Shown here: in pieces, positions 27,195-36,199 of the stretch
How the letters are laid out: each line of letters opens with the position of its first letter
Position numbering within the stretch: position 1 is the first letter of the stretch
Assembly (NCBI GenBank): GCA_016200355.1
Contig: JACQEY010000053.1
Span: forward strand, 425-64,424
Length of the DNA stretch: 64,000 nt
Source: Nitrospirota bacterium
GTDB lineage: Bacteria > Nitrospirota > Nitrospiria > Nitrospirales > Nitrospiraceae
Direction of reading: 5' to 3'
The notes under the pieces: generated by a model
The model's input: the letters and a program-made list of their open reading frames with translations, nothing else
Database searches by the model: none
What the model was told of the DNA's origin: nothing
Position numbers and translations under genes: made by a program

Positions 27195-28750
27195 CGCGAC
27201 GGGCCTTGAGTCATCTGTTGCTCTCCGCTGTCCACCAGCAATGGCGCGGTCCCTCCGGCAGAAAGGTGTGTGGTCGGTGCACCCTTCTCGCGGGACATGG
27301 AGGCAATTGTGTTAGTCACGCTCTGGTGCATTCGACTCACGAACGGATTGGGATAGAGTCCGATCCAAAATATCAATAGAACCAGCGGTACCAGCATGGC
27401 GAGTTCCCGTTGGTCGAGGTCCCTGAGTTTCGGGAGATGGTGCGGGGATGGAGCCCCGAAGACCACTCGCTGGATCATCCAGAGGATATATGCGGCGGCG
27501 AGAATGACGCCCAACGACGCGAAGGCGGTCGCGACCTTGCTCCAGAGAAACGTGCCGACGAGCACGAGGAATTCTCCGACAAAACTATTGGTGCCAGGGA
27601 GACCGAGCGAGGACAAGGCAAAAATCATCAACAGGACCGCATACTGCGGCATCGGCGCAGCCAATCCGGTATTGTCGGCAATCAACCGGCTATGGGTGCG
27701 CTCATAGATGATGCCGACGCAGAGGAACAGTCCGCCAGTCGTAATTCCATGGTTGACCATTTGAAGGACGGCTCCTTCGATGCCCTGTTGGTTTAAGACA
27801 AACAGGCCAAGGGTCACGAACCCCATGTGGCTCACGCTTGAATAGGCGATCAGTTTTTTGAGATCGACTTGGGCCAGCGCCATATAGGCGCCGTAAATGA
27901 TCGCAATGATGGAGAGCGCGACTATCATGGGCGTAAAGATGCGGCTGGCATCAGGCAGCATCGGTAAACTGAATCGCAGGAATCCATAGGTGCCCATTTT
28001 CAGAAGGATGCTGGCGAGGATGACGCTGCCGGCGGTCGGGGCCTCGACGTGGGCGTCCGGGAGCCACGTGTGAAACGGAAACATGGGAACCTTCACCGCA
28101 AAGGCGGCGAAGAATGCCAGGAAGAGCCATGTTTGCAGCGATGCAGGGTAGGTGCCCTGGCTTAAGGCGAGGATGTCGAAGGTGTGCCCTCCGTAAAAGT
28201 AGAGGACAAAAATAGCCACAAGCAGGAGCACACTCCCTGCGAGGGTGTAGAGAAAGAACTTGATCGCCGCATAGAGCAGGTTGGGCCCTCCCCAGACGCC
28301 GATGAGGAGGTACATCGAAATCAGCATGGCCTCCCAAAACACATAGAACAGTATGAAATCCAAGGCGACAAATACCCCCACCATGGCGGTTTCCATCACC
28401 AGCAACACGGCCATGAAGCCCCGGATACTTGTGGTGATCGCATTCCAGGATACCAAGACGCAGAGGGGCATGATCCCGGCGGTCATCAGAACCAGCGGTA
28501 AGCTAATTCCGTCGAGACCCAGACTGTAGTAAATGGGAGGGGACGTGATCCAGGCAACATGTTCGGTGAACTGCATCTGACTGGCCTGTGGATCGAAGAG
28601 CCACCAGAGCGGGAGGGCCACAAACAGGTCGGCCAAGGTTGCGGCCAGCGCAATCCATCGAGCGGCCGACTCTGTCACGAAATACATCGCGACTGCACCC
28701 GCAAGGGGCAGCACGAGAAGAAGTGAGAGCCAGGGAAATGAACTAGTCAT
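27191..28750 (-). CDS. nuoM: NADH-quinone oxidoreductase subunit M
   Basis: Start set at ATG 28750 (MTSSFPWLSLLLVLPL). The 109-aa Arg-rich extension of the raw ORF reads through a hairpin and into the 3' end of nuoL in another frame. Confidence 0.9.
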   Translation of the reverse strand: MTSSFPWLSLLLVLPLAGAVAMYFVTESAARWIALAATLADLFVALPLWWLFDPQASQMQFTEHVAWITSPPIYYSLGLDGISLPLVLMTAGIMPLCVLVSWNAITTSIRGFMAVLLVMETAMVGVFVALDFILFYVFWEAMLISMYLLIGVWGGPNLLYAAIKFFLYTLAGSVLLLVAIFVLYFYGGHTFDILALSQGTYPASLQTWLFLAFFAAFAVKVPMFPFHTWLPDAHVEAPTAGSVILASILLKMGTYGFLRFSLPMLPDASRIFTPMIVALSIIAIIYGAYMALAQVDLKKLIAYSSVSHMGFVTLGLFVLNQQGIEGAVLQMVNHGITTGGLFLCVGIIYERTHSRLIADNTGLAAPMPQYAVLLMIFALSSLGLPGTNSFVGEFLVLVGTFLWSKVATAFASLGVILAAAYILWMIQRVVFGAPSPHHLPKLRDLDQRELAMLVPLVLLIFWIGLYPNPFVSRMHQSVTNTIASMSREKGAPTTHLSAGGTAPLLVDSGEQQMTQGPSR

Positions 28751-28836
28751 CGGTCGATAGTCAACGGGCAATCGGCTTTGGCATGAGAACGGCTGTTCAT
28801 TGTTCCCCTTGACCAGTGACCGTTGACCATTGACGC
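28744..28836. repeat. Heptad-arm hairpin in the nuoL-nuoM spacer
   Basis: Left arm tagtcat cggtcga tagtcaa cgggcaa. Right arm ccttgac cagtgac cgttgac cattgac. The nuoM ATG lies in the first unit. Confidence 0.8.
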
Positions 28837-28839
28837 TCC

Positions 28840-30738
28840 TTATAAGAACAAGAACATCGTAATAAGGACCACGGCCCCAAGCGCCATGCCGAGCGCATAA
28901 TGTTGCGCCTGCCCGCTTTGCGTAAGCCTCAAGAGCCAGCCTCCCCAGGCGATCGCGCGGGCCACGCCGTTCACTGCGCCGTCGACCACGCTCACATCCA
29001 CGCGCTTCCACAGCTCGGTTGCGGCAAAAAAGGTGGGGCGGACGATCGTTCGATCGTAGGCCTCGTCGACATACCATTTATTCAGCGAGGCCCGATACAG
29101 CGACTGCCACTGCTGCGCGAACCGATCCGGCAGCGACGGATTGAGCACATAGACATAATAGGCGCCGGCGATCCCGAGCAATCCCATGCCCGTGGCCACG
29201 ACCATGATGCCGACAGCGGCTCCTCCCTCGTGAGCTGCGCCGCCCGCGTGTGTCTCGAACATCGGTCCAAGAAACTCCGGAATGCCCAGATAGCCTGTGA
29301 CAATGCTGAGCACGGCTAGGATCATCAGCGGGATGGTCATGGCTTTCGACGGTTCATGTATATGGCCTGTGTGATGAGGATCGACATGCGAGGGGCCCCA
29401 AAACGTGACGAAGACCAGCCGGAAACTATAGAACGCCGTCATCAAGGCCGTCACGAGGCCAAGCACGGTGAGAACCTGACCGAGGGGTCCAGCCGACCAG
29501 GCCGAGATCAGCAGATCGTCCTTGCTGAAGAATCCAGACGTCAGGGGGAACCCTGCAAGCGCGAGCGAACCCACCACGAACGTCCAATAGGTAACCGGTA
29601 ATTTGTCCTTCAACCCGCCCATGCGGCGCATGTCCTGCTCGTGATGCAGGGCGATGATGACGGATCCGCAACCGAGAAATAGGAGGGCTTTGAACGCGCC
29701 GTGGGTCAAGAGATGGTACATGCCTGCGGCATAGGCGCCGAGACCGCAAGCCATGATCATGTAGCCGAGCTGGCTGACTGTCGAATAGGCCACAACTCGC
29801 TTGATGTCGGTCTGGGTCAAGGCGATGGTCGCCCCCACAACCATCGTGATCCCACCGGTGATCGCCACGACGGTCATGGCGGTGGGAGACAGGTTGTAGA
29901 GCGGAGCCAATCGCGCGACCATGAACACGCCCGCCGTGACCATCGTCGCAGCATGAATGAGCGCCGAGATGGGGGTGGGGCCTTCCATCGCATCCGGCAA
30001 CCAGACGTGGAGCGGCACTTGGGCCGATTTGCCGATGGCGCCGGTAAACAATAAGACACAGATGAGCGTAAGCACCGAGACGTCCCAGGTTCCTCCGAAC
30101 GGACCGAGGACATTCATGACGTCGCCAGCGGACTCGTGCGCACGGGGGAAAATTTCCTGATAGTCGAGTGATCCGAAGCTATACCAGACCAACAGGAGTC
30201 CAAGCATGAAGCCGAAGTCGCCGACGCGGTTGACGATGAAGGCCTTCGTGGCAGCGGCGCATGCGGTCGGACGGTCGTACCAGTGGCCAATGAGAAAATA
30301 GGAACAGAGGCCGACGGCTTCCCAGAAGACGAAGAGTTGAAGCAGGTTGTCGGCCATGACCAGCATCAGCATCGAGAAGGTAAAGAGCGCGATGTAGCTG
30401 AAGAAGCGGGCATAGCCAGGATCTCCGCGCATGTATCCGATGGTATAGATGTGGACGAGCGAACTCACAGTCGTGACGAGCATCAGCATGACGGCGGTGA
30501 GCCGGTCGACGGAGAAGCCGATGTGAATGTCGAGGGTGTCCGAGGTCAGCCAAGTGTAGAGGGGAAAGCTTGTCTGGTGGCCGCCTGCTACATCGAAGAA
30601 GACTAACAGCGAGAGCAGCCACGACACGAGGACGGCCGGAACGGCGACGAGATGGGCGTTCTCCTTGATCCAATGACCGAAAAGCCCGAGGATCAGGAAT
30701 GAAACCAGCGGAAGGAGTGGAATGAATTCGTAGGTCAT
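28840..30738 (-). CDS. nuoL: NADH-quinone oxidoreductase subunit L
   Basis: ATG at 30738 (MTYEFIPLLPLVSF). The TTG at 30759 lies in the repeat. Typical NuoL length with a C-terminal lateral helix region. Confidence 0.9.
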   Translation of the reverse strand: MTYEFIPLLPLVSFLILGLFGHWIKENAHLVAVPAVLVSWLLSLLVFFDVAGGHQTSFPLYTWLTSDTLDIHIGFSVDRLTAVMLMLVTTVSSLVHIYTIGYMRGDPGYARFFSYIALFTFSMLMLVMADNLLQLFVFWEAVGLCSYFLIGHWYDRPTACAAATKAFIVNRVGDFGFMLGLLLVWYSFGSLDYQEIFPRAHESAGDVMNVLGPFGGTWDVSVLTLICVLLFTGAIGKSAQVPLHVWLPDAMEGPTPISALIHAATMVTAGVFMVARLAPLYNLSPTAMTVVAITGGITMVVGATIALTQTDIKRVVAYSTVSQLGYMIMACGLGAYAAGMYHLLTHGAFKALLFLGCGSVIIALHHEQDMRRMGGLKDKLPVTYWTFVVGSLALAGFPLTSGFFSKDDLLISAWSAGPLGQVLTVLGLVTALMTAFYSFRLVFVTFWGPSHVDPHHTGHIHEPSKAMTIPLMILAVLSIVTGYLGIPEFLGPMFETHAGGAAHEGGAAVGIMVVATGMGLLGIAGAYYVYVLNPSLPDRFAQQWQSLYRASLNKWYVDEAYDRTIVRPTFFAATELWKRVDVSVVDGAVNGVARAIAWGGWLLRLTQSGQAQHYALGMALGAVVLITMFLFL

Positions 30739-30748
30739 CGGAAGTCCA

Positions 30749-30838
30749 GCAATGGTCAATGGTCAATGGTCAATGGTTGAAGCAACAAGCAGTTGTCATT
30801 TCTCTTTACTATTGACCGATGACTATTGACTGTTGACA
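30749..30838. repeat. Heptad-arm hairpin in the nuoK-nuoL spacer
   Basis: Four perfect tandem CAATGGT units (30750-30777). Opposite arm tattgac cgatgac tattgac tgttgac (30810-30837). Confidence 0.9.
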
Positions 30839-30844
30839 TCTGCC

Positions 30845-31150
30845 TCACCATTTCAGCATCTGAAATTCGTCGATGTTGATCGCGGACTTGGCGCGATACA
30901 ACGCAATGATGATAGCCAACCCGACCGCAACCTCTGCTGCGGCGACCGTGAGGGCAAAGAAGACGAAGACTTGCCCTGCGACATCGTGGAAGTACTGCGA
31001 GAAGGCGACGAAGTTGATATTCGTCGCGTTCAACATCAATTCGACCGACAGCAAGATGATGATGATATTCCGACGAAGGAGGACGCCAACGACTCCGGTC
31101 AGGAATACGATGCCGCTCAGCACGAGATAGTAGGACAACGGGACCGTCAT
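30845..31150 (-). CDS. nuoK: NADH-quinone oxidoreductase subunit K
   Basis: 101 aa, three TM helices, position in operon. Confidence 0.9.
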   Translation of the reverse strand: MTVPLSYYLVLSGIVFLTGVVGVLLRRNIIIILLSVELMLNATNINFVAFSQYFHDVAGQVFVFFALTVAAAEVAVGLAIIIALYRAKSAINIDEFQMLKW

Positions 31151-31256
31151 GAAACCCTCGTGAAACGTGAAACGTCAAACATCAAACGTGAAACGTCAAA
31201 CGTCAAAAACAGAAGCCGGTCCAAGGCGTTTAACGAATAACGATTCACGCTTCACG
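31151..31256. repeat. Heptad-arm hairpin in the nuoJ-nuoK spacer
   Basis: gtgaaac gtgaaac gtcaaac atcaaac gtgaaac gtcaaac gtcaaaa (31160-31208). Opposite arm gtttaac gaataac gattcac gcttcac (31228-31255), which overlaps the last nuoJ codons. Confidence 0.9.
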
Positions 31257-31760
31257 CTCTCCAACGTCCTTTTTAGCCAGGACGATCGCACCGATCATCG
31301 CCACGAGTAGAATCAAGGACGCCACCTCGAAGGGGAATAAATAGGTGGAATAGAGTACGTCACCGATCGCCCCGGTATTACTGATTCCCCCGACGGTAGT
31401 CTCTGTGCCGGTTGCCACGACAGGAGCTGTCCAGCCCTTCATCACCGTAAGGATGACGGCCTCGATGGCCAGCGTCATCCCCACCGCTGCAGCCGTAGGC
31501 CATTGCCGATGGTACCGGTCATCCTGTCTCAGATTCAGCAACATCACAACGAAGAGGTACAGGACCAAGATGGCGCCGGCATAGACGATGATCTGAACGG
31601 CTGCCAGGAATTCTGCGTGGAGCGTGACATAGAGCCCCGCCACGTGAAAAAACATGACCAGCAGCGCCAATGCGCTGTAGATGGGTTTGCGCACCACGAC
31701 GACGAGCACTGCTGCAGCGGCGATCACGAATGCAAAATAGAAAAAGAACACCTGTTCCAT
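31245..31760 (-). CDS. nuoJ: NADH-quinone oxidoreductase subunit J
   Basis: ATG at 31760 (MEQVFFFYFAFVIAAAAV). Position in operon. Confidence 0.85.
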   Translation of the reverse strand: MEQVFFFYFAFVIAAAAVLVVVVRKPIYSALALLVMFFHVAGLYVTLHAEFLAAVQIIVYAGAILVLYLFVVMLLNLRQDDRYHRQWPTAAAVGMTLAIEAVILTVMKGWTAPVVATGTETTVGGISNTGAIGDVLYSTYLFPFEVASLILLVAMIGAIVLAKKDVGEREA

Positions 31761-31871
31761 CACACGTCTTCCTCTATCGCCTTGATACAAACGGCAAGGT
31801 CGGACAAGCTCCTACCAGGATGCCGCACAGTCTGCCGGCCCACAGACCATCGCATGTGCAACGCGGGCGAT

Positions 31872-32411
31872 TCAGCTGGGTTTTTGCGGCAGGTGCTTAA
31901 ACGCAACGTTGAAGAACGCAACATTCGGGTGTTGGAGCTCCAACTGCTTCTCACGAACCGGGAACGACCGGTCGCCGATGGCGAGCAATTGTTCCTTGTT
32001 GAGATCCAGCTGCCGCTTGTCGTACACCGACCACTCGAATTCGCGCGTCATGCCGAGGGCATCCACCGGACAGGCATCGACACACAACCCACAAAACAGG
32101 CAGCGGGTCATGTCCATGTAATACTCTTTCGCGTAGCGCTTCGTCGGCTCGCCCGGCACTTCCGCGCTGACCACGCGAATTACCCGCGAAGGGCAGGCGG
32201 CTTCGCACAGATCGCAACCGACACACTTTTCTGTCCCGTCGTCATACCGCAACAAGGACAGCATCCCGCGATAGTTGTCCGGCAGCGTCCGCTTTTCGTG
32301 TGGATACTGCAGCGTGACCGACTTGTAGTGCAACATATGTGACATCGTCGCTTTCATCCCGACAAGGATGTCGTAAAAGGTGACGGTCTTGATCCAAGCG
32401 TTGAAAGTCAT
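31872..32411 (-). CDS. nuoI: NADH-quinone oxidoreductase subunit I (2x[4Fe-4S])
   Basis: CVGCDLCEAACP and CLFCGLCVDACP motifs. Confidence 0.95.
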   Translation of the reverse strand: MTFNAWIKTVTFYDILVGMKATMSHMLHYKSVTLQYPHEKRTLPDNYRGMLSLLRYDDGTEKCVGCDLCEAACPSRVIRVVSAEVPGEPTKRYAKEYYMDMTRCLFCGLCVDACPVDALGMTREFEWSVYDKRQLDLNKEQLLAIGDRSFPVREKQLELQHPNVAFFNVAFKHLPQKPS

Positions 32412-32497
32412 GTTGATCTAGTCTGTCTTGTCTATCTGGTTTGTCTAGTTGATTCGATATCTGTGCCTTTTGCCGAAGAAACAAACCAATAACCCGT
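32412..32497. repeat. GGTT/AACC-family hairpin (copy G3) filling the nuoH-nuoI spacer
   Basis: gttgatctagtctgtcttgtctatctggtttgtctagttgattcg ... cgaagaaacaaaccaataacccgttcagac. Confidence 0.8.
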
Positions 32498-33592
32498 TCA
32501 GACCCTCGGAAAGAAATACAGGGTAATGGACGTGATGATGATGTTGGCCAGCGCGATCGGCAACATAACCTTCCATCCGAACCGCATCAGTTGGTCGTAG
32601 CGCAGTCGGGGCAACGTTGCGCGTATCCAGATAAACAGGAAGAGGAAAAAATAGACTTTCGCCGCAAACCAGACGATGTGTTCCACCCAGGCCAGCTGTT
32701 CGAGACCGGCATACTCCAAGATCGTACCAGGATAGGGGGCGTTCCAGCCGCCCAAGAACAGCGCGGCGGCAACGCAAGACACAAGAGTCATGTTGGCGTA
32801 TTCCGCGCTGACGAAAAAGGCGAACCGCATGCCGCTATATTCCGTAAAGAATCCAGCCACGAGTTCGCTTTCAGCCTCCGGCAGATCGAAGGGGATACGA
32901 TTGGTCTCAGCCACGGCAGAAATGATGAAGACCACAAAGGCGAAGATTTGGGTATGAATAGGAAAGAATCCGTCGGGGCGTCCTCCCCAGATGAACCAAT
33001 GCCAGAAGCCACCTGACTGGGCTTCCGTGATCTCCACGAGGCTCAGGGTTCCTGCCAACAGCAGCACGCCGACGATGGCCAGACCGACGTTCAATTCGTA
33101 GCTGATGACCTGGGCCGCGGCGCGCAGGCCTCCCAGCAGTGAGTATTTGCTGTTGGATGCCCAGCCTCCCAGGATAATGCCGTAGGCGCCGATTGAGGCA
33201 ATCGCCAGGATGTACAAGATCCCGATATTGATGTCGGCGACGACGAAGGGTTTGATCCTCATCCCAAAGATGTCCCAGGTCATGTTCGGGCCGAAGGGGA
33301 TGACGGCGAACCCGATCATGGAGACGACCATGGTCAACATCGGCGCCAGGGCGAACATCGCCTTGTTCGCGCCGGCCGGCACGATATCCTCTTTGAAGAA
33401 CAATTTGATGCCATCGGCGACCGGTTGAAGGAGTCCATAGGGGCCGACTTCCATCGGACCCATGCGATCCTGCATCCAGCCGAGCACCTTCCGCTCGAAA
33501 TAGGTCATGGTCGCGACCGTGATCATCACGATGCTCATCTCCGCCAATATCTGGGCAAACGAAACCGCAAGTCGCAAGCTTAGCTCAGTCAC
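32498..33592 (-). CDS. nuoH: NADH-quinone oxidoreductase subunit H
   Basis: 364 aa with YFERKVLGWMQDRMGPMEVGPYGLLQPVADGIKLF. Confidence 0.95.
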   Translation of the reverse strand: MTELSLRLAVSFAQILAEMSIVMITVATMTYFERKVLGWMQDRMGPMEVGPYGLLQPVADGIKLFFKEDIVPAGANKAMFALAPMLTMVVSMIGFAVIPFGPNMTWDIFGMRIKPFVVADINIGILYILAIASIGAYGIILGGWASNSKYSLLGGLRAAAQVISYELNVGLAIVGVLLLAGTLSLVEITEAQSGGFWHWFIWGGRPDGFFPIHTQIFAFVVFIISAVAETNRIPFDLPEAESELVAGFFTEYSGMRFAFFVSAEYANMTLVSCVAAALFLGGWNAPYPGTILEYAGLEQLAWVEHIVWFAAKVYFFLFLFIWIRATLPRLRYDQLMRFGWKVMLPIALANIIITSITLYFFPRV

Positions 33593-33641
33593 AACGACAC
33601 TCCCGGATCACAGGTGAAACACACCATTGGTTCTCGTCCAC

Positions 33642-34079
33642 TCACGTCGTTTTCATCACCGACACGGACGCCGTCCGATAGGATGGGACCTTTGTGTCCT
33701 GATCGATGACACAGTCAAAGAGTTGCAGAGCCTCCTGCGCGAAATGATCGGGGAGCCAAGCCAAGCCCTCGGGCACGCGATCGAATACTTTCGCCGTGGT
33801 CGTAAACTCGCCTCGGCTGTTCGAGAGACGGACTTGATCCCCGGCACTGAGGCCGTATCGGGCTGCATCCAGAGGATTCATCTGCACGGACCCGCTCGGT
33901 TCGATCTGCAATAGTCCCTTCGAATAGGTCGACAGCTTCCCTGAATGGAACAGGCTCTGGACCAGCCCCAGCTGGACCGTTCCCTCCGGACGCACGGCTC
34001 GCGCGGGCAGAGTATACCGAGTTGCAATGTCATGGCGATATCCCTCATGCACGTATCGGTCGACGGCGGCAGGATTCAC
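33642..34079 (-). CDS. nuoG: NuoG C-terminal fragment (molybdopterin-dinucleotide-binding-like domain), separate ORF
   Basis: LVQSLFHSGKLSTYSKGL...VQMNPLDAARYGLSAGDQVRLSNSRGEFTTTAKV is the beta-barrel domain that normally ends NuoG. GTG start overlaps the upstream TGA (GTGA). This frame stays open for at least 40 codons upstream. Confidence 0.7.
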   Translation of the reverse strand: MNPAAVDRYVHEGYRHDIATRYTLPARAVRPEGTVQLGLVQSLFHSGKLSTYSKGLLQIEPSGSVQMNPLDAARYGLSAGDQVRLSNSRGEFTTTAKVFDRVPEGLAWLPDHFAQEALQLFDCVIDQDTKVPSYRTASVSVMKTT

Positions 34080-36187
34080 TGCGGGAGGGATCGGCGATGG
34101 GCCGAGCGACCCACCGGATTGATCGCGGGCCGAACGGCCTGGACGTGGCCCTCGGTATTGGTAAAGGTCCCGGCTTTCTCCATGGCGGAAGCGGCCGGGA
34201 GCACCACATGGGCGAGCGCAGCCGTTTCAGTGAGAAACAGTTCCTGGCACACAAGGAGATCGAGTTTACCCAGCGCCTCTTTGACTCCGGTCTGGGGCGG
34301 AAGACTCCCGACAGGATTTTCTCCGACGACGAAGAGACCTTTGATGATCCCAGCTTGCGCTCGGTCAATCATTTCGATGAGCGTGGCCCCTTCCGCCAAC
34401 GGGAGATCCTCTTTCCAGACACGAGTGATCTGCGCGCGCGCATCCTGATCGGTGAGGTCGAGCGCGCCAGGCAACAGTGCCGCGACCGCCCCCATTTCCA
34501 CCGCCCCTTGATCGTTATTCTCTTCCGCCAAGGGAGCAAAGCCGCATCCCTGTGCAGTCAACCTCCCGGTCAAGAGGAGCAGGTCCATGAGATTGAGACA
34601 GATACCGTAGCCGCCTTGGCTGCGCAATAGAGTCTGGCCTGCAAGCGCGACGACACGACGGCCTCCGGCCAGGGAGGCAGCCATCTGGACGAACGATTCG
34701 CGCGACACCCCGGTGCTCAGAGCCAGATCGTCCCACGTCAGTCGCTCGACTGCTTGGGAGACAGCCGAAACATAGTCCGGCATCCGTTGCCGAATAGTAC
34801 TGTCGACATGGTTGTCCTCGACTATCGCCTTCAACAGGCCCAGAACTGCGGCGCCGAACTGAGACGGCGCCACACAGACATGTTGCTGCGACAGGTTGGA
34901 AATGTTGCTGATCGTGCCGACTGCGGGTTGGATCGCCTCAATCGTCAACAATGTCGCGTCGTATTTCTTGACGGCTTCTTTTACTTTAAGTCCGGTAATC
35001 GGATTGGTCTCGGTGATATTGGTGCCAACCAGGAGGAGCACGTCCGCTTGCACGATGTCCTCGAACGTCACGGTCCAGCGATGCGTGCCTTGCACGGATC
35101 GCATGGCCTGCACCCCGTTGATATGGCCGTACCGCGCGCTGCTGTCGAGATTATTGGTCCCGATCGTGAGGCGCATGAACTTCTGGAACAGATAGAGCTC
35201 TTCGTTGGTACAGCGGCCGGAGATCAGTCCGCCGAAGGCCTGTGGGCCATGCGCTAACTTGAGCCGGTTGGTCTGTTCGGCTACAAACACCAATGCCTCT
35301 TCCCACGTGGCTTGCACCAGCACGCCGTTCCGCCTGATCAGCGGATGGGTCACTCGGCTTGGATGGCTCGCCGCGCGAAATCCAAAAAACCCTCGTGCGC
35401 AAAGATCCCCGCTGTTCCGACCGGCGCCCTGGGCACTGTTCACTTCGATCAACTCCTGGTCCTTGGTTTGGACCGTGATCTGGCAGCCGTCCCCGCAAAA
35501 CATGCAGACGGTATCGGCTCGTTTAAGCATCCAGGGACGGTATTCGTACATCGAGAGGCGGCTGGTGATGGCGCCGACCGGGCAAATCTGTACGCAACCG
35601 CCGCAGAATTCACAGTCCAGGGGATGGGCGCCGAAGGACTTGATCTCGGTCATTGTGCCTCGTCCAATTGGGGCGAGAGCCTTGACGTCCATGACCTCGT
35701 CGCAGTAGCGGACGCAGCGCAAACATTGCACGCAACGGTTCATCTGCGTTTCGATCAGGGGACTGAAATACTCTTTCTGGAAAATGCGCTTGGTTTCCTC
35801 AAACCGGCTGGTCGCGGTGTATTGATGAGAAAAATCCTGGAGGTCGCACTTGCCGCCCTGATCGCAAACCGGACAGTCCAGCGGATGGTTGGCCAGAATG
35901 AATTCGAGCACCGACTTGTGAGCATTGTGAACGACCGTCGTGGCAGTTCGAACAGCCATGCCTTCGGTCGCCACGGTGCTGCAAGAGGTCTGGAGTTTCG
36001 GCATCCTTTCGACCTCAACCAAGCACATACGGCAGTTCGCATCCGGCTTGAGTTTCGGATGGTAGCAGAAGTGCGGAACCATCACGCCGACCAGGCGAGC
36101 GGCTTCGATCACCAGCGTGCCTTTCGGCACCGAGATGGAAATACCATCGATCGTCAAGCGGACGGTCTCTGTGGTGGTCTTACGCAT
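34076..36187 (-). CDS. nuoG: NADH-quinone oxidoreductase subunit G, N-terminal 703 aa (2Fe-2S, 4Fe-4S and molybdopterin-like domains)
   Basis: RLTIDGISISVPKGTLVIEAA, CYHPKL...CRMCLVEV, and FeS Cys clusters. Ends 10 residues after the conserved TFTNTEGHVQAVRPAINPVG. Confidence 0.9.
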   Translation of the reverse strand: MRKTTTETVRLTIDGISISVPKGTLVIEAARLVGVMVPHFCYHPKLKPDANCRMCLVEVERMPKLQTSCSTVATEGMAVRTATTVVHNAHKSVLEFILANHPLDCPVCDQGGKCDLQDFSHQYTATSRFEETKRIFQKEYFSPLIETQMNRCVQCLRCVRYCDEVMDVKALAPIGRGTMTEIKSFGAHPLDCEFCGGCVQICPVGAITSRLSMYEYRPWMLKRADTVCMFCGDGCQITVQTKDQELIEVNSAQGAGRNSGDLCARGFFGFRAASHPSRVTHPLIRRNGVLVQATWEEALVFVAEQTNRLKLAHGPQAFGGLISGRCTNEELYLFQKFMRLTIGTNNLDSSARYGHINGVQAMRSVQGTHRWTVTFEDIVQADVLLLVGTNITETNPITGLKVKEAVKKYDATLLTIEAIQPAVGTISNISNLSQQHVCVAPSQFGAAVLGLLKAIVEDNHVDSTIRQRMPDYVSAVSQAVERLTWDDLALSTGVSRESFVQMAASLAGGRRVVALAGQTLLRSQGGYGICLNLMDLLLLTGRLTAQGCGFAPLAEENNDQGAVEMGAVAALLPGALDLTDQDARAQITRVWKEDLPLAEGATLIEMIDRAQAGIIKGLFVVGENPVGSLPPQTGVKEALGKLDLLVCQELFLTETAALAHVVLPAASAMEKAGTFTNTEGHVQAVRPAINPVGRSAHRRSLPQ

Positions 36188-36199
36188 GGTTCTGTTGAC

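Noticed and set aside
28751-29077. 109-aa N-terminal extension of the nuoM ORF, and analogous extensions on nuoL, nuoJ, dapF, secA, glk, pgl, pgi, the deacetylase and the M50 protease
   Set aside because: The extensions run through hairpin or MITE repeats or overlap the upstream gene. Internal ATGs give N-termini matching the protein families, often with a visible RBS.
30750-30837. Considered whether the tandem repeat arrays could be CRISPR arrays
   Set aside because: Repeat units are only 7-9 nt, directly adjacent with no unique 25-40 nt spacers, and no cas genes are present. They are short tandem/inverted arrays and not CRISPR.
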